IMG/VR virus record: IMGVR_UViG_3300045988_137581
Span: 1-60,712 of that record
Strand: one strand, 5' to 3'
Source of the DNA: a virus
DNA: 60,712 nt
The stretch's first letter is position 1; each line of letters begins with the position of its first letter. Made by a program: the position numbers and the translations under genes. The notes below the pieces were generated by a model, which was not told the origin of the DNA, made no database searches, and worked only from the letters and a program-made list of their open reading frames with translations. This document shows positions 41,801 through 53,800 of the stretch, one piece after another.

Positions 41801-44800
41801 TTGATACATGCCTCCCTTTACTCTTTGGTTGTATATATGGGCAGCATACGCACGGTCTTTGACAACGAATTCGTTGTCAGGGTCGATATCGCGGAACATC
41901 AACTCGTCTTCTTTCTCGGCAGCCTTGTCCGAAAACTCTTTCGTTTCAGCATAGTCGCCCACCTTCAAGTCATACTGCTTTGCTATGTCCTCCGCCTCGC
42001 CCAAAATACTTTTATACTTACCCGGAGAAACGAGGTTCTGATAACTCCTCCACAAAATATAGCGAAGCTCATTATCGGAGAGAGCAACACCGCCGAAACC
42101 ATCGAAGCCAATCTTATGAAGCAAATCCATGAAAAGCTGCTTTATCTTGCTCCACCACCCCGCATTGAGGTTCTCGAAATTGGTATTCTCCGCAAGAGAT
42201 GCAAGATATTCCTCCGTAGCCGTTCGGAAATCCCAACCGTTCCTTGTTGCAAGAGCAACAATCTGCTCTCTTACCTGCATGTCGGCATTTGTAAACACAT
42301 TGTCAAGGAACGTATCAAAGTGTTCTCCGAACAACTGACGCAAACCATAGTGAGCTACCGCCTCGTGCAACAACGTCTGTTCGGCATCGAATGTGCTTGT
42401 ATGGTTAGGAATAACAATCGTTATCTTGCCCGTACTCTTACTGTAAAAACCTTTCGCACGCTTTTTCTTACCCTCCAAAGCATCTGCATCCGTAACAATC
42501 TCCACATTACCAAGATGCAGTTTCTCTGCAAGTTCATTGACCCTGTCAACCATTCTTCGACGCTCTTTCCTTGCAAACTCCTTGCGTTGGAACTGCGTGC
42601 GAAGAGGTCTACCTGCCAACTTCGACCACGGGTCGTTCTCAAACGACAACTCATCATCAGTGTATGATGCAACACCATCACGAGCAGAAATATCCGTGTT
42701 TATAGGATTCACTTCATTTAATAAATCCCTCATTACCCTATCCGCAACCTCTGTTGCAGAAGTATAATGAATATGTAAGAAGTCTGCAATACCTTTCCAA
42801 AACTTCTCCAAAGCTCGTTTCACTCGCTGCAAAGCATTTACCGCTTCTGCTTTCTCGAATACACTGTTTTCTCCCTCTGTCGCTTTGCGTGTCTCTTCTC
42901 TCAAACGTTCTGCACCTCGTCTTCCAGAGTACAACGCTATTACCTCCTCCGCAATCTCATCATCACTCTTCAATTCGGGATAACGCTTCGTTACCTCTTC
43001 CCAAACAGACGTGCCTTTCATCAACCCCACGACATTATTCCACTCTTTCGCATTACCGTTACGCAAAGCCTCAGCCCACAAATGGGCATACTCGTGGATA
43101 GGAGTTTCGGTATTTGCAATTCTCGTGTCGATGTATATCTTGCCATCGACAGTGAAGCCGTAAGCCTCGCCGTTCGCACCCTTGAAGAACCGAACATGGT
43201 CAACTATCTGTAAATCCCTTTCATTGAAGACAACATAGTTTTTCGCACCATCGGCACGACCGCCACGCAGATTGTCCGCAGGATATTTGATGCCGACATA
43301 ACCGAGAGAAGCAAGTAGTTCGCTCGCCTCTTTTTCTCCTATATATAAACTGATAGTCCTGTATAGAGTACGTCCGTTATAAACTTCGTCGAGGGAATCC
43401 GACAAATCTTTCTCCAACATCTCGTTTTCTGTTTCATCATCTATTCTTTTCTCACGCATGATGAATTCACCAACAGCCCCCATGTCGAAATCCTTTGGTA
43501 AAGGCTCGTTCCATTCCAAGTAGTTATTTCCGTTGTCCTCAGGGATTTCTACGGTATATAGGTGGCGTATCCGTCCTTGGCGTGAACGCTCCTCATTATA
43601 TTGTTCCTCCCTCATTGCTCTAAGAGCATCAAGTGCCGCTTTGTTTCTTTCAATAGCCGCCTTACGAAGAGCGGTCATTGTTTCGTCTTCTTTCTCGTTT
43701 CTCAGTATATTTTCATTTATTTTTATATTGGTTTCAAGGTCAGCGATAGCTGCTTCTTTTCGCTGTTCAAAAGAAACAGCTTGCAAATTATAGTTTTCTT
43801 GGTGTATAATAGCACCAACCGCCATAGAAACAGGAGTCGCTTTTCTACTACTTCTTCTTTTTTCCTCTGCAATTAGAAAACTTGTTTTTGCGTAATATTC
43901 GCCGATACCTTCTACCTCTGTAACATACGTACCCCAACCGTACGCTTGCTGCCCTTCACCCTCGCCCATATATGAATGGTCGAAAGCCTCGAACTCCGCA
44001 CCGCTGCCATGATACACTCTGTGTTCACGAAGATTATCGGCATTCACCTCTTGCCTTTCCGCAAGCCCCGTAGTATCTTTGAACTCGCCGCTATACAATG
44101 CTTGCTGAATGGAACGGACAATCTCAGCCAAAGGCTTACCCTCTGCCTTACGCAACTTAATAGCGTCATAGTAATACTCGACAATGTGAGCGTCTCCGTC
44201 ATTTGTCATACCGGTATTCACCTTTGGCGAAACAACAATACTGATTCCGCTCAATTCGTTTCTGCGGTCAAAGTTTGAGACCTTTGCATTGTGGTCTGCA
44301 AGGCGTATCGTAACGACCTTTCCGTTCTTTGTCTCGAATGTAGCGTATTCACTCTTGCTTCCATCTCGTGTTGCACCGAGAGCTTGGGCTACTTTACCTA
44401 CAAATGTTTTCGGTTGAGAAACACTTTCTGTTAACTCATTTGCAAGTTCTTCAATATTTTGTAGTATCTTTGCACCATCTGCACTTGAAATGACAGTTAA
44501 TGACCTCGGAGTTGCTCTGAGAGAGGCGGTTTCAAGTGCTCTTTTCTTTTTAGCCTGTTCCTTTGCATTGCCATTAGCCATATCGAGCACTCTTTGACCG
44601 ACCGCAGGGTCGTCGATAACCTCTATTCCGCTCCTGCGAATACGGTCTATAACAGCATCTCGAAGAACTTTCTCCTCTTTCGTCAAAGGAACTCTGTTTT
44701 TATCTTCCTTTCCGAACTTGATGCCTAAATCGCTTTCAACATTCTTGGCTTCAATGAATGGTACAGCTTCGACAAAAGTATCACCGTTCTCATCTTGAAA

Positions 44801-47800
44801 CTCTATGTGATGATATTCGCCATCCAAGCCCGAATATTTATGTCCCGGTTTAGGAACAAAACCACGTTCAATCGCATGTTTTGCACCGCTTGAAGCACTT
44901 ATCAATTCTCCACCATAATACTTTTCCAAGCTATCTATCAATTCATAAGCACCAAAACTGTATGACGAATACTCATTAAGCAGGTCGAATAAATCATCTG
45001 CATTTATACCGTTAAAGAATCTGTCGCCCCCTCTGAACCTGATATCGTCGGTATTTGTTGGGTTTTCAAAATCTTTTACTATCTTTGCAACAGAATCCAA
45101 ATCCAAATAGTCCACGTCAGCGAGATTGGTTCGCTGTTGGTCTATCAGGGTTTGGATTTTTTCTTTGTTCAGATATTCAGCTTTTCCTTGTACTATCCAG
45201 TTAAGCCATTTCGCATTGGTTTTAGGGAAAACGCCTCTGATACTTGAAATATCCAAACCATTTCGTTCTTGATTGAAATGTACGCCTACAAGGAATTGTT
45301 TCCCGTTGTGTTCGATACCTATGATAACATTCTTGGCATTGTCACCGTAGCGGAATACAGCCAACGGATTATTCAACTCCTTTACAAGGTCTTTGACTTC
45401 CGAAATATCAAATATGTGATTTTCCTGTGATGCCTTCTTTGAAAGTCGTGTAGAGGACAGTTCGATAGGGAGATGTGGGAAACCTGCACTTTGCAATATA
45501 AAGCCCGGCATACCTATTTGGTAAATATGTCCCTGTGGCAATGTACCGTCAATCTGTTGTTGTAGTTCTTCGTTAAACTTCTCGTTGACAGTTTCAATAG
45601 TATAATCTTCATCGCTTCTATACAGCGTATCCCCATTGTTCTCTTCCTCGTCCTCTTCCGTGCTTGTTATGCCGTCTGCCGTCTCGACGGAAGCGTCCAT
45701 ATCCGCATACTTAGCCTCCTTTTCCTCCAACTCTTTCTTCATCAATTCGGAGTACTCTTCGTATTGAGCCTGTGCCTGCTTCAATTCTTTCTCATACTCG
45801 AACGGTTTGCCCTCTCTCGAAAGCATTTGCTCCAATTCAGCCTCATTATGTCTCTTGCTTCGTTGTGCAGCTTCCAACTGTTCCGAAAAATCTTTACCCG
45901 TAAGTACGTTCGTGGTTATATCCTCCACGGCATTGCGGAGCAGGTTCTGTTTAACAGGTGTGTTCTCTATGCCGAGTTCCGGACATGAATAAGTCATCTT
46001 CCTTTCCGCCTGTGTAAACAGTGTTCTTCCCTCGCTTGCCGTCTTTCTCGACAAGTCGGTTGTAACGACAAAATCGAAATCACCTATCCTGATGGTCAGC
46101 TCTCGTCTTTGGTCTCCCGTTATCTCGCCGCTCTTTATCTTCTGCATATCGGCGAGGGCTTTCTTGTTATAGTCCTTGAAGAAGTCCTCCATTGCCTCGA
46201 CGGACGCAAAGCGTTGTTTGCCGACCGAAATCTCACCGAACCTGCCATTCTGGAACGCACTCTGCACAGCTTTCAAATAAGAACCATTGTCCTCGATACG
46301 TTGTTCCGCCTCCCTGATAAGCCCTTTCAGTTTTGGTTTCGCATTATGAATATACGTTTGGTCTGCCTCATACTGCTTCTTACGACTTGCATACTTACGC
46401 ATATTCTTCTCGGCATTGTTTTTCAGCATTGCATACTCGCTACCAGAGAGCTGGGCAATAGTATCTCCGAACACATCCTCCTCTTCTTCAAGAACACGGT
46501 TCACCATACTGTTTTCCATCATCTGCCTACCCCTCATGATGCTATCCGCAATAGCACCCTTGGTTTTTAGACGTTGGTATGCAGTAACGTCCAAACTATC
46601 CTCGACCCCGAAACGCAATACACGAACAGGCTTACCCATCTCCTTATGTATGTTGCCTTGTCGCAAAATACGACCGTTCCGCTGAGTGTAATCCATCGGA
46701 CGATTCGGAGCATCGAGATGAATCAAAGTGTGCAAGCGTTCCTGAATATTCACACCCGTACCGAGAGTAAAGGTAGAACCGAGTAAGACACGCACCTCGC
46801 CATGATTGAACTTATCAAAGATTGCAGCTTTCTTCTTGACTGTCATTCCGGACTTTATCACCACAATCTCGTCAGCCGGAACACCCTCCGCAATAAGCTT
46901 TGCACGAATATCCTCGTACAGGTTGAAGCCGCTTGCCTTGTTCTGATAGTTGTCTGCGAATATCGCAACAGTACCATTGTAGTCGGCAGTCTCTTTGAGA
47001 GAACGCAACGTTTGTCGCACAGCCTCATTCGTCTTGCTGTTCGGGTCGTCCTCTGCGTCAGCCTGCACCAATCGGGCATCGACGGCAGCAGCCTTGGCAA
47101 TACCGTACATGGTAAGCGGAATATGACTGTTCGCTTTTTTCTCTTTGCCGCTCATGTTATCGAACCTTTCGAGTTCAGACTTGACGAACTTCATTACGCT
47201 ACGCAAAGCACGTGTCTGCGGCAAATAGATGTCTTGTGCCTTTCCTCCCTCTAATTCGGGTATCTTCTCCATCACCTCCGGAGCTTCCTCCGTGAGGACG
47301 GTATCGGACACACCAGACCATATACGAACCAATTCAGGAAGATTGACATATCCTGCAAAACGGTTATTCTCCTTGAACTTGCCGCTTGTTGTGAACTCCA
47401 ACATCTGCTGAATGTTGCCGAAGTTACGGACAAAGTCGTCAAAGTAATAAATGCCGTACTCTTTCATGGTGTCGGCAGGCATAAGATAACGCATGAACGT
47501 CCAAATCTCTGCGGCAGTGTTACTGATAGGCGTACCCGTTGCGAAGACAACATTACGACCGTTATTCTTTTCCATTACCGCCTGAGCTTTCAAGAACACG
47601 CCTTGCGACTTCTTGCTGTATGACGGGTCGACACCCTTGACACCACGTTGCATGGCAGTGGCAAAACCGAGATGCTTATACTCATGAGCTTCATCGACAA
47701 GCAAGGCATCGATACCCATATCATCGAAGTTCTCCACATCATCAGTCATGCGGTCGAGCATTTCCATCGCTCTAACCTCTGCATTCTGCTTTGCTACGGC

Positions 47801-50800
47801 TCGTTTCTTCTCTTCGGCAGCAGTATTTTTCTTCACTGCAACAGAAGATAATTCCGCAAGCTCTTCCTCTAATCGCTCGACCTCTTGTTCAGCTTGTTTT
47901 ACAATCAAGCTGTCTCCGTATGGGTCTTGTTCTTTCATCTGCAAGATGGAAGTTACCTTCTCATCAATCTTCTCCTTGATGTATTGATACTGTCTGTCCT
48001 CACTATCCGGAATGCGTTCAAAGACCGATTGAGGTACAATAATCATATCCCAATCGTTGTAACGTATCTTTGCGTAGAAGTTCTTTCTACCCTCAACATT
48101 GCGGTCGTTATCTTCAAGCATCAATATCTTTGCATTAGGATAGAGTTCTTTTGCATCTGCAACGAATTGTCCGACGGTGGCATTCTGCACTACAATCATA
48201 GGCTTTCTTGCCGTACCCAAACGTCGCATTTCCATTGCAGTGGAGATTAGTGTGAACGTCTTTCCTGTTCCCACCTCGTGAGCAAGCAACACCGACTGCT
48301 GCGTTCCCCTCACTATCGCCTTGCTTTGGTGAGGACGCATCGTGTATCGTGGATTGGCTCCCGCAAAATGCTCCGGAGCAAACTCATCCGGTATGCTCAT
48401 CGGCACAAAATTGTTGAATGTATCGTTATAGACACGTTCCATCTTTGCCGACATATCGGGGTCGCTCTGCATTTTCTGTTTTGCCCAATCCTTGAAGTCC
48501 TGACGTATCTCGTCTATCTTGTTGGCACACGCCTGCGTAGCGTCCTTATCGGTAATCGTTTCAGATTTACCGTCCCAATTCTTACGAGTAGTGGAAACCG
48601 TGATGGTCTTGTTTTGAATTGCCGCTTCAATGAGTTCATGCCCCATGGTGGTACTGTTTAGCACTTTGCTCTTCACACCCATTGCACGGTTCTTCTCGTA
48701 GTCGGTGGAGGAAGGTTCTTTCATGAACCATGTACCGCCTACCAAAGTGAACTTCGCATCGACACCCGTACGCTCCTTTACATATTCATCGTACAATTCG
48801 GGGTCTATCCAAGAACTGCCGAGAGTAAAGTCTATCAAGTGTGCCGGAATATCCATCGGGATTTTCTCCTGCAATGCCTTGATGTTGCGGTCGAACTCTC
48901 CGTTCTCGTTGTTTGCCTCCGCTTGACTGAGTTTCTCACGAACATTGCCACTCAAATACTGATATGAAGCTTCTACTTTTCTTGTAACAGGGTCTTCAAA
49001 GCCGTATCCGTTTTCTATGATTTCATTCTTTACGTCATCGATGCTTCTTCCGAGACGCTCCGCAATGTATGGAACATCGACATGTCCGAATTTGAATACG
49101 CTTGCAACAATTCCTTCCTTTACATTCGTAGGATTAGGTTCTTTCACTTTCTCGACAACACGTTTGTCCATCACATCAGCCTTGCCGAATAATTTATTCA
49201 CTCCGCCTTTTCCGTCCCCCTGTTCCTTATAGGTCTCGACAGACGACACGTTGGCATAGTCCACATCATTACGAAGAAAGGCAATGGCAGTATTCTTATT
49301 GAAGTGTCCGTATGTCTCCACGAAATCATCATACGCCTTATTGAGTTTGTCTAACAACGGCTTCAACCCGTCATCGCTTTCGTTTTCGGTCTGATAGGCG
49401 AGTACATCTGCAAGTGCTTTCTTGATTGCCGAGTACGCCTCGAAGCATTCAGCCTTTGTATGTCCTTTTACCTTGTTGCTGTTCACATCGAGAAGTTGGG
49501 CATTTGATATAGAGTTAATGTACAGTTTGCCGTCCTTGACGAACATTTCGCCCACCTTTTTATCAGGAGCGACCTCGTCGTTTTTCTTTTCTTCTGTACT
49601 GCGTTCTCCAACCTCCTCTTGCGTGAATGATTTTACGAACTCCGACAACAACTCTTTCTGGTTCGTGCCTTGCTTAGGGTACAATCCCTTGCTCGTAGGA
49701 CGGTATCTGTTGCCCTCCTCGAATCCGAAACGCATTTCACCTGCCATACGTTCGGGGTGTTCCATGAAATACGTGTTGTAATCCATGGAAAGGTTCTTGA
49801 CAACAGGTTCGTATTGTCCCTTAACCTTACGTTTCTCGCCTGTGTCGTATTCCGCAACACGTTCTCCTGTTACGGTGCTTACGTCTATGGCTTGTGCTGA
49901 CTTCCGACCGTTCACACGTTTGCGGATTACAATGATGTCGGAGGTTACTCCCGTACCGCCGAATGTCTTGTTGTTCATACGGAAAGCTCCGACGAAGTCG
50001 GCTTCGCCCTCGTTTACGACCCAGTCTCGTAGTTTCCGACTGTTATCTAACGTACCGCTCGATGTGATGAAGATACCCAAACCGCCTTCTCGCAGTTTAC
50101 GTACGTTCTTTGCGATACAGAAGTCATGTATGTTATGGAATTTCTTGGATAGGTCATTGTCGCCTGTCGTGTCGTTGACTCTTAACCCCGTAACGAAAGG
50201 CACATTGGTAACAGCCAAATCGACGCTGCCGTTCGGCACACGTGTCTGCTCGAAGCCTTGTATCTCTACTTTTGCATCGGGATAGAGGAGTGAGAGTATA
50301 GCACCCGATATGCCGTCAATCTCTACTGCTTGAATATCGCTGTTGGCACTGATACTTGCAGGCATTTGCCCCAAGATGTTACCGATGCCGGCAGAACCTT
50401 CAAGTATGTTTCCGCCCTTGAAGCCCATTTGTTCGGCTATATCCCAAAGGGTATCGATAACGTATGCAGGGGTGTAGTACGCACTGTTGGCACTCATCAG
50501 TGCTTGTTGGTACTCCTCTTCGCTGAGCAGTTCACGAAGTCTCTTGTTTTCCAATGTCGGTTCATTGTAATAGGAACGACCGTTGTGTGAATAATTTGCA
50601 TGCTCATCGAAAACCTTGCCTAATCCACCCCAACCGCTGAACTTGCGAAGAACTTCCTTTTGCTCCTCGGTGGCTTCTTCGCCGCTTTCGAGCAACTGTT
50701 TCGCCAACTCGACTGCCTTGAAGTTAGCTTCTATGCGGGCATCGACAGAAGTAGGGGCGTGGTCTTTGCCACGCTCCGAATGATTGTTGCGAGAGTTCTT

Positions 50801-53800
50801 GCCCTCTAACTGCTGTAAAGGTCGTACGAAGACTCCGTCGCTCTGCGTTTTCCCCGAGCCAGCTCTTCCATTTCCGTTTTCTCCTCGTCTGTCAACTCTT
50901 CCGGTGTCTTGTTGTACTTCTTGCAGATTTCCTGTTCTGCTTCCTGCTCCGGCGTTCCTATCACTGTCGGCTGACAATCCTTTGGAGCGTAACGCAGCAT
51001 CATCTCTTTGTAATCCATCTTTGTTATTTTTTATTGAACCATCAGACAAGCTCAATTCGCCTGTCTGCTGCAAAGGTAGAGATTTTTCCTTTGACTGCTT
51101 TTCTCCCGATTTTGTTTTGTTCTCAACAGGCTTGATATCACTCCATTCAACCGTTTCATATAGGATAGGAGCAAGCCCTGTATCGAGAATAGGATTATGG
51201 TCTCCGTAGTCTTCAAAATCGTAGATGGTTGCTTCGACAGTCTTTTTATTTCTGCCTTGCGGAGTAAACAAGACTTTATCGCCACGCTTGAAACCATTAT
51301 AACCCTCATTGGCTTTTCTCTCGCTGTTACGTTGGCTTATGATTTCCTGCTTTGCCTGTTCGGCTTCTTCTTGGTGGGCTTGTTCGGCAACGACAACCTC
51401 CGCCGTAGTCATCGGTTCGTTGTGTTCCTTACCGAATGTGGCTATATCGAACTCTTGCACCTCGTTGTATGGTGTCAAATCGGTTGCAAAATCGCTGCTT
51501 TCCACCTCGGGCAAATCTCTCGCTCCATTGTAGAACGCTTTGAGGTACGGACGCACCACATCTCCCAAATCTGCAATCATGGCTGTTGCGTAATCGGCAA
51601 ACTTGCGTGAACCTTTCTCCAAATGATACACTGCCATCTCGATACCGATTGAAAGGATTTCGGGGTCTATGCCCACATTCAAGTTGTTCAATTTCTTACG
51701 CAAACGCTCACGCAGTTCTGCATAACGCTCATCGGTAACGAGCTTGTTGCCGCTCGGATTGCTTTTCGGTTTCTTCTTTTGCTTGGATAGACGTTCCCTC
51801 TCCACTTCGGCGGCAATACGCTCCGCCTGTGAGAATATATCGTCTTCCTTCGCTGTTTTCGCTTCTTGTTCTTCTATAAGTGCTTTTAGTATCGCAGCCT
51901 CGTTTTCCGACAACATAATCTTGTCGTTCTCGTATGCGTTCCATGCCCCGACAAATCCGCCATACATATCCGACACGGTTTCGATTAAATCTCGCTCCGC
52001 TCTGGTGCTTCCGTAGAGTTGCTTACCTATCTTCCATTTGACATCGCGGCTGTCGGCTCTGTTCCTTGCGTTAGCCTTGAACTTTTCAGGTTTTCCTGTC
52101 TTCTCCCATTTTTCACCTTTCAGAATTCTAACCTCCGACTGTCCAGCTTCTTTTGTTTGTTGTTCTGCTGTTTCTGTCTGTCGGGTTTCGGTAACCTTAT
52201 TGATGTCCGCAAGTGAAACAGGCTGAGCGTCTGCCACTGCTTCTTTATTGCCGACGACTGTTTCTGCCAACTGCCTCGCACTCTCTTCGCTACGCATCAT
52301 GAAGCCGCCCTGCTTTGCATCGTACCAACCTCGCTCGGCTTTGGCAAGTTCTTTTGCAGCTCTGTACTGCTCCTTGCTCAATGTATCCGCAAATTTCACA
52401 AGGTGCATATCAAGAACCTTGCCTCTTTTGGTGGTATATTGTGCCGGTTCTATGGTGTAAGTTGCAGGATTATTTGCAACAGTCTCTTTTTTTACTTTTT
52501 TGTATTCAGAAAACTCCTTTGTCTTGCGATTGCTGCTGTCTATCCACTTCTCGAACTCTTCGAGAGAAGCCTGCGTTATACGCAACGTGTGTTTGTCTGC
52601 CCAACCGTTTTCATAGTTGCTAAGGTATGCTTTATAAGCTTCATTGATGTCGTTGAAGCCAAGCATAACCTTATGTTCATCAAAACTGCCGTCCTCATTG
52701 TACTGGTCAACGACAAAGACCTTTTGTCCGTCCCAATTGTCTATATCATCCGACAAGAATACATCTATATGGTCTCCGTCCACACTCTCCGTCCCACGAA
52801 TATAGCCGTAGGTGTTGTTCATCTTCGTTTCCCATGTCCTACCGTTGGCATCTACACCTCTGCGTACAGAGCCTTTCGGTTGCTCAATGCTTATGTCGAA
52901 CTTGCCAATCCGAACATGTCCTTTCTTGTAGTTGCCTGCTTCTTTCTGCTTTTCGGTGGGGTCGGTATCGACTTCTGCCTCTGCTTGTGCGATTTTTTCG
53001 CCTAATTCATCGCCATTTCCTGTTTTTGTCGTACCTTTGTCGTCGGATAATTCCTGACCAGTCGGATATTGAACGAAATTGGGTCGTTCCAGAAGTGACG
53101 ATTGTTCAGGAGTTATTTTTTTACTCCTGTATATCACCTCTTCATTCTTTGATAGATTTGCATTATTCCTACGTCCAAAAACAGTAGAAATAGCATTTAC
53201 TTCTATTTCACGACCAGCGTTTTTTACATCAACTCCAACAACGACATACTCGCTGTTTTCGGTTTCAAGTGTAGTATAAATACGATAGGAATCCTCTCTA
53301 TCTGTAATTCTGGAAACGGCAAACGGATTTTGAAGAGCTTGGGGGAGTTGCTCCCAAACCTGTTCGGAAAGCGAATGAGAATTATCCTTACTAATATGTC
53401 GTGCAATAACTCCATATTTGATAGTAAATTTATCGCCACGCAATCCAAGTTCTTGCATAAACCTTGGAGTTTGTGCAATATCAAAAAAAGACCGCTGGAA
53501 TAATTTTGAAGCGACCTCTTTACCTTTTGAATATAGAGTTCGTACTACATCAAGAAAAGATTGTGATTCGACTACTTCTCCATTGCCTTGGCTATCTCCG
53601 CCAACTCTTCCTCCACTGTCGGTTTGTGGTTCAGTACCCTTACTATGTTCTCTTCCTCCAACGTCTCCATTGCTTCCTCGTCGCCCTCTTTCGCTCTTCT
53701 GAGTATCGATACCCACACCATTATTTCCAGCTTGTCCATTCCTATTTTCATTGTAGTCTATATTTAATACTTCTTTGATAGCCTGAGCAAGTGTTCTCGG

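Noticed and set aside
42350-42367. Calling HEAVAH a canonical zincin HExxH site
   Set aside because: The spacing is HExxxH. I keep it only as a paralog of the upstream HEYAH-containing segment, not as a confident active site.
41612-42667. 351-aa + strand ORF, with many other + strand ORFs of 60-250 aa between 38882 and 58720 (for example 52403-53005 and 54068-54802)
   Set aside because: All lie antisense within an uninterrupted 19.8-kb ORF that carries recognisable enzyme motifs. Their sequences are low-complexity, Leu/Ser/Arg-rich shadow translations.
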